Part shown: piece after piece, positions 27,665 to 34,789 of the stretch
How the letters are laid out: each line of letters begins with the position of its first letter
Numbering within the stretch: position 1 is the first letter of the stretch
The notes under the pieces: generated by a model
What the model was told of the DNA's origin: nothing
What the model saw: the letters and a program-made list of their open reading frames with translations, nothing else
The model's database searches: none
Position numbers and translations under genes: made by a program
Assembly (NCBI GenBank): GCA_031459535.1
Contig: JAVKIJ010000001.1
Coordinates: forward strand, 52,510-92,509
Reading direction: 5' to 3'
Source of the DNA: Candidatus Fervidifonticultor quintus
GTDB taxonomy: Bacteria; Sysuimicrobiota; Sysuimicrobiia; Sysuimicrobiales; Humicultoraceae
DNA length: 40,000 nucleotides

Positions 27665-28132
27665 CTATCGGCGCTCTCCAACGGGGCTGTCGCGCCCGGG
27701 CCGTGGTCCTGCACCATCGCCGGTGCTGATCAGACTGGCCTCGAGCTCGGCCACGGCCCGACGCAGCCGATCGTGCCGTGCCCGCTGGATGGCCAGCGAT
27801 CGCTGATACTGGGCGTTGGACGCTTCCAGCCCCGTGATGTTGAGACGGAGAGTGCGGATGGCCTCATCGGCCAGGTAGGCCCGGTGCCGGAGGATAGCCA
27901 TCTCGGCCCTGGCAGCCGACCACTCATTGTGGAGCTGTTCGGTGGGTCGCTCCGATGCCGTCAATGCGTCAGCGGCATATGCCAGGAGGATCTTGACTCC
28001 CTCCTCAGGCGTCCAGCCCCTCTCGCGGATGAAGGCCTCGAACCGCGTACGGAGCCGGGCCGGGATCGGAACGGCGATCCGCTCCATCCGTGGAAAGACG
28101 AACTCACTCACGCCTGAACCTGCCCACGCCAA
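27665..28132 (-). CDS. RHH-like N-terminal domain plus coiled-coil protein (paralog 2)
   Basis: ERIAVPIPARLRTRFEAFIRERGWTPEEGVKILLAYA fits a strand-helix-GxT-helix (RHH) pattern and is followed by heptad-rich helices. The likely start is ATG 28087. The alternatives GTG 28111 and TTG 28132 overlap the upstream gene. Confidence 0.6.
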   Translation of the reverse strand: MAWAGSGVSEFVFPRMERIAVPIPARLRTRFEAFIRERGWTPEEGVKILLAYAADALTASERPTEQLHNEWSAARAEMAILRHRAYLADEAIRTLRLNITGLEASNAQYQRSLAIQRARHDRLRRAVAELEASLISTGDGAGPRPGRDSPVGERR

Positions 28133-28607
28133 GGAGCCTGGCCAACCGGTTTCCCAGCGCCTGTGGACGCCTAGGCGATGGCGTCGGTGCAGTCAGCGCC
28201 TCTCGAAGTGATCGAAGCTTCGCGTCCAGCGCGTCCGTCTCACGTCGCAGAGGCCACATCTGCCCCCGGTTGGTCCGTAGCTCAGCCCCCAGGGCGTGCA
28301 CCCTCTCCGAGAGCTCATGCATGAGTTTCTCGCTGGCAATGGTGCGGGCACGCAGGGACACCAGGAGGGCCTCGGTCTCCCGTCGCTTGAGTTCCTCACG
28401 CCGCCTCTGGGCGTCGAGGCCCGATTCTCCCTCCAAGGCTCGCCAGGAGGCTTCGTCCTGGGCGAACAGATCGATCCCCTGCTCCAGGAGCCATGGCAGT
28501 CCCGCGTCGACTTCACGGCCGGCCATCTCAAGGGCTCGCCGGATCACAGCCCAGTCGTCGCTCAGCAACTCTACATCGATTGTCATTGCTTCAGCGAACT
28601 CCTGCAT
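28104..28607 (-). CDS. RHH-like N-terminal domain plus coiled-coil protein (paralog 1)
   Basis: MTIDVELLSDDWAVIRRALEMAGREVDAGLPWLLEQGIDLF followed by a long coiled coil. It has the same architecture as the next gene. The opposite-strand ORF 28090..28614 is Ser/Arg-rich and looks like an antisense artefact. Confidence 0.6.
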   Translation of the reverse strand: MQEFAEAMTIDVELLSDDWAVIRRALEMAGREVDAGLPWLLEQGIDLFAQDEASWRALEGESGLDAQRRREELKRRETEALLVSLRARTIASEKLMHELSERVHALGAELRTNRGQMWPLRRETDALDAKLRSLREALTAPTPSPRRPQALGNRLARLLGVGRFRRE

Positions 28608-28711
28608 CCCGTAAACAAGAAGCCCCTACCGATCCACAGATCAGTAGGAGCTATCAGCCTCGCGACATGAGGCGACGGCGAGCTCCATCGCCTATTCGAT
28701 TTGAGCCTGCT

Positions 28712-28750
28712 TTGTAACACAGTCTACCTTACCGGAAGTCACTGTGTCAA
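28712..28750 (-). promoter_or_regulatory. Candidate promoter of the six-gene operon, embedded in an inverted repeat
   Basis: On the minus strand: TTGACA (28745-28750), an 18-nt spacer, then TAGACT (28721-28726). The inverted repeat ACACAGT (28717-28723) / ACTGTGT (28741-28747) has one arm on each box. Confidence 0.4.
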
Positions 28751-28852
28751 CGCGCCGAATCGCGCCGCCTGAGATCTTACCCTGGGGCCTATCGTCGCGT
28801 CATAGAAGATCTTACCGAGCCAAACCGGCATGCCAGGGTCCTGGGAGTAGAG

Positions 28853-30105
28853 ATGAGCCCTACGTCGAGACGAGAATACATCCAGGCAATCCGCCAGCGC
28901 TATGTCCGCGCCCCGCGTGCTGTCAAGCAGCACCTGCGCGATGAGGTCTGTGCCGTGACTGGGTACCAACGCAAGTACGCTAGCCAGGTCCTCAACAGCG
29001 CGTCCCCGGCCAAGCACCCGTGTCCCCGGCGGCGCCGGGCTCCCACGTACGGCGCCAGGACCATCGCCCTCCTGGCCGCAATTTGGGAAGCCGCCGGGTA
29101 CCCCTGGTCGGCGCGGCTCAAGGCCCTGCTGCCGCTCTGGTTGCCCTGGGCCACGCCGCGGTTTGCGATCACCCCCGAGCAGGAGCGCAGTTGCTGACGA
29201 TCAGCCCCCGGACCATCGACCGTCGCCTCGAGGCCACGAAAACCCACCTGCGGTGCCGCCTCTATGGTCGCACCAAGCTTGGCACGCTACTCAAGCACCA
29301 CATCCCCCTCAAGACCGATCGGTGGGACGTCACCACCCCCGGCTTCGCCGAGACGGACTTGGTCTCGCACTCCGGCAACGCCGCCGACGGCGAGTTTGTC
29401 CACTCCCTCAATCTGACCGACATCCAGTGCACCTGGGTCGAAACCCGCGCGGTGCTGGGCCGCGGGCAGACCGGCGTCCTCGCAGCCGTGGACGAGATCG
29501 CGGAGGATCTCCCCTTTCTCCTGCGAGGACTAGACGCCGACAACGGCTCCGAGTTCATCAACCACCACCTCTTCCGGTACTGCCAGGACCACGGGATCCA
29601 GCTCACCCGCGGCCGGCCCTACAAGAAAGACGACAACGCCCACGTTGAGCAGAAGAACTGGACGCACGTCCGCAAGCTTCTGGGCTGGGATCGCTACGAC
29701 TCCCACCAAGCCCTGGAGGCGATCAACGACCTCTACCGCCACGAGCTCCGGCTCATGATGAACCTGTTCCAGCCCTCGGTGAAGCTCGTCCGGAAAGTCC
29801 GCGTCGGCTCCCGGCTCAAGCGGGTCTATGACCGGCCCCAGACGCCCTTGGATCGTCTCCTGGCCACCGGCGCTGGCGACCCGGCGAAGGTCGCCGCCTT
29901 CCAGCAGCTGCGCACGCGCCTGGATCCCTTCGCGCTCACCCAGCCGATCGATCGGAAACTCGCCCGAATCTACCGCCTCGCGAACCACCGCCCCAGCCTC
30001 CCGTGCGTCGCCCCGCCACAAGGTCCGCCAGTGAAGTGCAAGGGGTGGGGTCCCGGCAGTGCCGCCGCGGAGGACTGGTTCGTCATCCGCGCGAAAGCAG
30101 ACTGA
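28853..30105 (+). mobile_element. DDE (rve/integrase-core) transposase gene, disrupted by a frameshift (ISNCY/ISDol1-like by recollection; family unverified)
   Basis: The N-terminal HTH part is in ORF 28853..29197 (CAVTGYQRKYASQVLN). The catalytic part is in ORF 29020..30105 (DADNGSEF...YKKDDNAHVEQKNW). The frames join near 29180-29197 (ITPEQE | AQLLTISPRTIDRRL). Confidence 0.8.
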
Positions 30106-30142
30106 GAAAGCCCTGGGGCATCCTTCGGTGGAGGATTTTGCC

Positions 30143-31984
30143 ATGTTCGGATGGACCGGAAACATCCTCAGAGTCGATCTGACGCACAAGACATTCCGAA
30201 GAGAGACGTTCGACGAGGCATTCGCCCACAAGTGGATCGGCGGCCGGGGATTCGCCGTGAAGACTCTCTGGGACGAGCTCGAACCGGGCATTGATCCCTT
30301 GGGGCCCAAGAACAAGTTCGTCGTGGCCCTGGGCCCCATCGCCGGCATTGCCGCGCCCAATACGGGCAAGACCGTGGTCGCGGCCAAGTCGCCGCTGACC
30401 GGAGGGTACGGGGACGGCAACCTGGGCACCCGGGTCACGGAGCAACTCCGAAAGGCCGGCTACGACATGCTCATCGTCGAGGGGGCGGCGGAAGCACCCA
30501 CGGTCCTCTTCATCGAGGATGATCGGGTGGAGTTCCACTCTGCCGCCGAGGTCTGGGGCCAGGGGACGTACGCAACTCACCACTGGATCTACGAGCGCTA
30601 CGGCAAGACGGTTGGGGTGCTGGTCATCGGGCCCGGAGGGGAAAACCTCAACCGCTATGCCGTGGTCCGGAGCATGGAGGGACGCTCGGGCGGCCGGCCC
30701 GGGATGGGCGCGGTGATGGGGTCGAAGAAACTGAAGGCCATCGTGGTGAGGGGGCGCGGGTCCGTTCCCCAGGCCGATCCCGCAGCCATGAAGAAGCTGG
30801 GCTCCGCCGACCTGCGCGCGGTGCACCAGATCGACAAGAAGACCGGTTGGTCCCTCCAGGGCACCACCGGCATTCTCGCGTGGTGCAATGAGGTGGCCGC
30901 GCTGCCGGTCCGCAACATGAGGAAGACCCATCACCCTGATGCCAGGTTCATCGACGGGGAGCGGCTGCACGAAGCGCGGGTGGCGACCTACGGCTGTCCG
31001 ATCTGCACCATGCCCTGCGGGATCGCCATCCACGACCGCGAAGGCCGGGAGTCCGAACTCGACTACGAGAACATCGGCATGCTAGGCAGTAACCTGGAAA
31101 TCTTCGAACTCGACCAGGTTGGCTCCCTCAACTTCCTGTGCGACGACTACGGCCTGGATACCATCTCTGCCGGCGGCGTCCTCGCCTTCTACGCCGACGC
31201 CATCGACCGGGGAGCGGTCAGTGGCGATTTCCGGTTCGGCGATGGCGAGCGAGCCAAGGTGCTGCTCCGTCTGGCGGCCCTCAGGGAAGGGGAGGTGGGC
31301 AACCTGCTGGCCGAGGGCACCATGCGCATGGCGCAGAGATTCGGCCGGGGCTCAGACGCCTACGCCATGCACGTCAAGGGGATGGAGATCTCCGCGTACA
31401 ACTGCAAGCTCTCGCCCGCCATGGCCCTGGCGTACGGGACGAGCCCGATCGGTGCGCATCACAAGGACGCCTGGGTGATTACCTTCGAACTCAACCAGAC
31501 GGTTCGGGATTCCTACGGCCGGGAGAAAGCTCAAAAGGTCGTCGAGCTGCAGAGGATTCGGGGAGGCTTGTTTGAGTATCTGATTGCGTGCCGCTTTCCC
31601 TGGATCGAGGTCGGCTGGGAACTCGATCACTATCCGGTGTATTTCAACACCGTCACCGGGCTCCACTGGACGCTGGACGACTTCTGGAAGGTCAGCGACA
31701 GGATCTACGCACTCATGAAGTTCTTCTGGTTGCGGGAGTTTCCGGATTGGAACCGCAAGATGGACTACCCGCCTATGGTCTGGTTCGATCCCGCCAACGC
31801 CGATACCGACGGACCCATCGCGGGCAAGGTCCTCGATCTGGCACAGTACGACCGCCTCCTGAGCCACTACTATGATCTCCGCGGCTGGGACGAGAGAGGC
31901 GTGCCAACCCGGAGGACGGCGGCAGCCCTCGGCCTCGAGGACGAAGCTCGGCGGGCGGAGACGTTCGGAAGGTTGGAAGACTGA
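30143..31984 (+). CDS. aor: Aldehyde:ferredoxin oxidoreductase (tungstopterin AOR family)
   Basis: N-terminus GNILRVDLT, the [4Fe-4S] motif CPICTMPC, and CDDYGLDTIS. The ATG at 30143 lies 8 nt after GGAGG (track start 30059). Confidence 0.93.
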   Translation: MFGWTGNILRVDLTHKTFRRETFDEAFAHKWIGGRGFAVKTLWDELEPGIDPLGPKNKFVVALGPIAGIAAPNTGKTVVAAKSPLTGGYGDGNLGTRVTEQLRKAGYDMLIVEGAAEAPTVLFIEDDRVEFHSAAEVWGQGTYATHHWIYERYGKTVGVLVIGPGGENLNRYAVVRSMEGRSGGRPGMGAVMGSKKLKAIVVRGRGSVPQADPAAMKKLGSADLRAVHQIDKKTGWSLQGTTGILAWCNEVAALPVRNMRKTHHPDARFIDGERLHEARVATYGCPICTMPCGIAIHDREGRESELDYENIGMLGSNLEIFELDQVGSLNFLCDDYGLDTISAGGVLAFYADAIDRGAVSGDFRFGDGERAKVLLRLAALREGEVGNLLAEGTMRMAQRFGRGSDAYAMHVKGMEISAYNCKLSPAMALAYGTSPIGAHHKDAWVITFELNQTVRDSYGREKAQKVVELQRIRGGLFEYLIACRFPWIEVGWELDHYPVYFNTVTGLHWTLDDFWKVSDRIYALMKFFWLREFPDWNRKMDYPPMVWFDPANADTDGPIAGKVLDLAQYDRLLSHYYDLRGWDERGVPTRRTAAALGLEDEARRAETFGRLED

Positions 31985-31994
31985 GCCGCCGACG

Positions 31995-32222
31995 ATGAAG
32001 GTCACGGTGAAGCTGATCGGCGGCTTTGTCTACGCCGCCGGATTCAGCGAGAAGACATTCGAGCTCGCCCCCGGCAGCACCGTGGAGACCGTGCTCGAGT
32101 CGCTGGGGCTGGACGCATCGATACCGAAGATCGTGGCCCGCAACGGCGCCGTGGTCGCCACGGAAGAGGCGCTGGAAGAAGGCGACCGTGTGGTCATCTC
32201 CCCCATCTATTCAGGAGGATGA
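31995..32222 (+). CDS. MoaD/ThiS-family ubiquitin-like sulfur-carrier protein
   Basis: 75 aa starting MKVTVKLIGG and ending with a C-terminal di-glycine (ISPIYSGG). It lies 10 nt after the aor stop. Confidence 0.8.
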   Translation: MKVTVKLIGGFVYAAGFSEKTFELAPGSTVETVLESLGLDASIPKIVARNGAVVATEEALEEGDRVVISPIYSGG

Positions 32223-33428
32223 CCGCCGTACCCGCGGCAGCAGGGCCAGGGCGCTGCCGGCAGCGACGCACCCGCTGATCGCCAGGGCCACCGGCGCACC
32301 CAGCAGCGTCGCCAGCAGTCCGACCCCGAATCCCGTCACCTGGTTGAACCCGATGGTGGCGGAGTAGAATCCCTGCACCCGTGCCCGCATCTGGTCAGAC
32401 GCCGCCAGCAGCAGCACGGTGGCCATGCCAGCGTCGTAGAGGCTGCCGAGCGCGCCCACGGCCCCGACCAGGGCCAGCGACGCAGGGTACCAGGGCGATA
32501 GGCCGAACAGCGCAACTGCCAGCCCGAAGCCGATGGCCGTGGTCACCGTGAAGCGGTCCTTGTGGGCGAGATCACCCTGCGACGCCAGCCCCAGGGTGGC
32601 GGCCAGTTGCCCCAGGCCGCCGGCCGCCGAGAGATACCCGAGCCCGAGGCCGCCAACCTGGAGCACGTCGCGGGCCACGACGGGGAGCATCGAGCTGTAG
32701 GAGAACCCAAACCCCTCGGTCATCAGGCTGAGCCAGAGGAACTGACGGACCTGCGGCGTGCGCGCCACGTATCGGACGCCGCTGGTGACCGCCGCCAGGA
32801 ACGGCTCGGCCACCCTGCTGGGTGTGGCCTGAGTCTGCAGGGCCAGCACACAGGCAGCCCCGGCGACGTGCGCTGCCGCCGCCAACACGTAGTTCTGGCC
32901 GATGCCGAAACGGTCGATGATGTAGCCGCCGGCGACGGCCCCGATGACGCGCACGGCGCTGCCCGCCATGAACCGGAAGACGCTGGCGTTGAGCAGCCGG
33001 GCCTGCCCCACCAGGTCGTAGGTGAGCCCGCTGGAAGCCGGCTTTTCCAGCGCCGAGGTGACACCCGTCAGCAGGGAGAAGGCGATGACGTGCCCGAGGC
33101 GCACAGCACCCCACAGCACCAGCGGCGCCAGTACCAGGAGCCCCAGCGCCGGCAGGATCTGACTCAGGAGGAGGAGGCGGCGGCGGTCCATGCGATCCCC
33201 GAGTACTCCACCCGGCACACTGAAGGCAAACAGGCCGACGCCGCGCACACCCGCCACGATCCCCACCCAGAACGGCGAGTTGGTCATCTCCAACGCCAAC
33301 CAGCCATTCGTGAGCGTCTCGACGGTCCAGGCCACGGCGCTGAAGAGGGCGCTCAGCCACAGCCAGCGGAACCCGGGCGCTTCGAACGCCCGGGTCGTCC
33401 CGGCGCGTCTCGTCCGGTCATGTTGCAT
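32211..33428 (-). CDS. MFS transporter
   Basis: 405 aa with about 12 TM segments. FRWLWLSALFSAVAW and GVLGDRMDRRRLLL match the MFS loop 2-3 motif. Confidence 0.88.
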   Translation of the reverse strand: MQHDRTRRAGTTRAFEAPGFRWLWLSALFSAVAWTVETLTNGWLALEMTNSPFWVGIVAGVRGVGLFAFSVPGGVLGDRMDRRRLLLLSQILPALGLLVLAPLVLWGAVRLGHVIAFSLLTGVTSALEKPASSGLTYDLVGQARLLNASVFRFMAGSAVRVIGAVAGGYIIDRFGIGQNYVLAAAAHVAGAACVLALQTQATPSRVAEPFLAAVTSGVRYVARTPQVRQFLWLSLMTEGFGFSYSSMLPVVARDVLQVGGLGLGYLSAAGGLGQLAATLGLASQGDLAHKDRFTVTTAIGFGLAVALFGLSPWYPASLALVGAVGALGSLYDAGMATVLLLAASDQMRARVQGFYSATIGFNQVTGFGVGLLATLLGAPVALAISGCVAAGSALALLPRVRRSSS

Positions 33429-33451
33429 GGGCCATCAGGGGAAGGGATTGA

Positions 33452-34702
33452 TTACCCTGACGGCCGCGCCGTAGGGTCGGACGCCTGACCGATTGCGATT
33501 GGTTGCTCCGGGTCGATCGCCTGCAGCTGCGGCTGCACCAAGTCCGCGTACTTCATCCCGGCACCGGTCAGCAATAAGAGCACACGATCATCAGGGCGGA
33601 GCGCTCGGCTCTCCAGCAACGGGTCCAGGGCCGCCACAGTCGCCGCCGCCTCTGGGGCCGCGAAGACGCCCTCGAGCCTGGCCAGCTCGGCCATGCCGGC
33701 CTGCAGGTCGGCGTCGGTGACCGCGAGCGCGCCCCCCTCGCTCTTGCGGATGGCCCGCAGGATGAGGTAGTCACCGATCGCCGCCGGCACGCGGAGGCCG
33801 GCGGCGATGGTGTGCGCGTTCTCGAACGGCTCCGCATACGGCTGGCCCGAGCGGAACGCGCGGACAATGGGCGCGCACCCGGCGGCCTGGACGGCGAACA
33901 TCCGAGGCCGTCGCGGGCCAATCCAGCCCAGGGCGTCCATTTCCTCGAAGGCCTTCCAGATGCCGACGATACCGGTGCCGCCGCCGGTGGGGTAGACAAT
34001 GGCGTCGGGGAGATCCCAGCGGAGTTGCTCGGCGATCTCGTATCCCATGGTCTTCTTGCCTTCGACACGGTACGGTTCTCGGAGCGTGGACAGATCGAAC
34101 CAGCCGCGCGCCCGTGCTACCTGACGGAGCACGCGACCGGCGTCGTCGATCAGACCCCTGATGCTGTATGCGCGGGCGCCATAGATGGCACACTCGGCCT
34201 TGTTGATCGGCGGGGTGTCCTCGGGCATGACGATGTAGGCGTCCAGTCCACCCCGGGCCGCATAGGCCGCCAGCGCCGCCCCCGCGTTGCCCGCCGTGGG
34301 CATGGACACCGCCCCAACCCCCAGTTCCCTGGCGCGCGATGTGGCCACGCATAGCCCGCGGGCCTTGAAGGTCCCTGTGGGGTTCTTGCCCTCGTCCTTC
34401 ATCAAGATCTGACGGAGGCCGTAGCGGGAGGCCAGTCGGCGGGCTTCGAGGATAGGGGTCATGCCCTCGCCGAGGGTGAGCACGTGGCGCGGGTCGCGGA
34501 TCGGGAGGACCTCGTGGTACCGCCACATGTCCGGGGGCCGGGCGCGCAGGGCGTCTTTGGTCAGCGAGCGGCCTGCGGCGACCAGGTCATAGCGTGGAAA
34601 GAGGACCTTGCCGCACTGCGGGCAGGTGCCGTGCAGGGCGTCGGCGTCGAGGATCGTCCCGCAATGGGTGCACTCCAGGTGGGAGAGAAAGCTGAAGGCC
34701 AC
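33452..34702 (-). CDS. thrC: Threonine synthase-family PLP enzyme with N-terminal zinc ribbon
   Basis: CTHCG...CPQCG ribbon and the PLP-lysine motif NPTGTFKARG. The GTG at 34702 lies 7 nt after GAGGAGG. The track ORF extends to 34915. Confidence 0.82.
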   Translation of the reverse strand: MAFSFLSHLECTHCGTILDADALHGTCPQCGKVLFPRYDLVAAGRSLTKDALRARPPDMWRYHEVLPIRDPRHVLTLGEGMTPILEARRLASRYGLRQILMKDEGKNPTGTFKARGLCVATSRARELGVGAVSMPTAGNAGAALAAYAARGGLDAYIVMPEDTPPINKAECAIYGARAYSIRGLIDDAGRVLRQVARARGWFDLSTLREPYRVEGKKTMGYEIAEQLRWDLPDAIVYPTGGGTGIVGIWKAFEEMDALGWIGPRRPRMFAVQAAGCAPIVRAFRSGQPYAEPFENAHTIAAGLRVPAAIGDYLILRAIRKSEGGALAVTDADLQAGMAELARLEGVFAAPEAAATVAALDPLLESRALRPDDRVLLLLTGAGMKYADLVQPQLQAIDPEQPIAIGQASDPTARPSG

Positions 34703-34789
34703 GTCGATTCCTCCTCGGGTCTTGGACGGCAGGGCGATCGCCCCAGTCCAGAGTATACCCTGCGCAGCACTCACCCGAGGTGTGGTCGC

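Noticed and set aside
28640-28680. A 12-codon mini-ORF (MELAVASCREAD) in the leader of the six-gene operon.
   Set aside because: It has no convincing Shine-Dalgarno sequence and is too short to evaluate. It is probably fortuitous.
29170-29200. Programmed -1 ribosomal frameshift joining the two transposase ORFs.
   Set aside because: There is no slippery heptamer of the A-AAA-AAG type, and I saw no obvious downstream pseudoknot or hairpin at the junction (GAGCAGGAGCGCAGTTGCTGA). A simple 1-nt deletion or assembly indel is more parsimonious.
28781-30119. 9-bp direct repeat CCCTGGGGC on both sides of the transposase (about 28781-28789 and about 30111-30119), considered as a possible target-site duplication.
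   Set aside because: The sequences immediately inside the two copies do not form convincing terminal inverted repeats. A 9-mer of this composition can recur by chance in GC-rich DNA.
21593-30142. A duplicated tRNA-Leu 3' end (att site) marking an integrated element.
   Set aside because: I found no second copy of GGTTCAAATCCCCCTCCCGGCACCA or a substantial part of it downstream, and no integrase gene. The island idea is kept only as a low-confidence finding.
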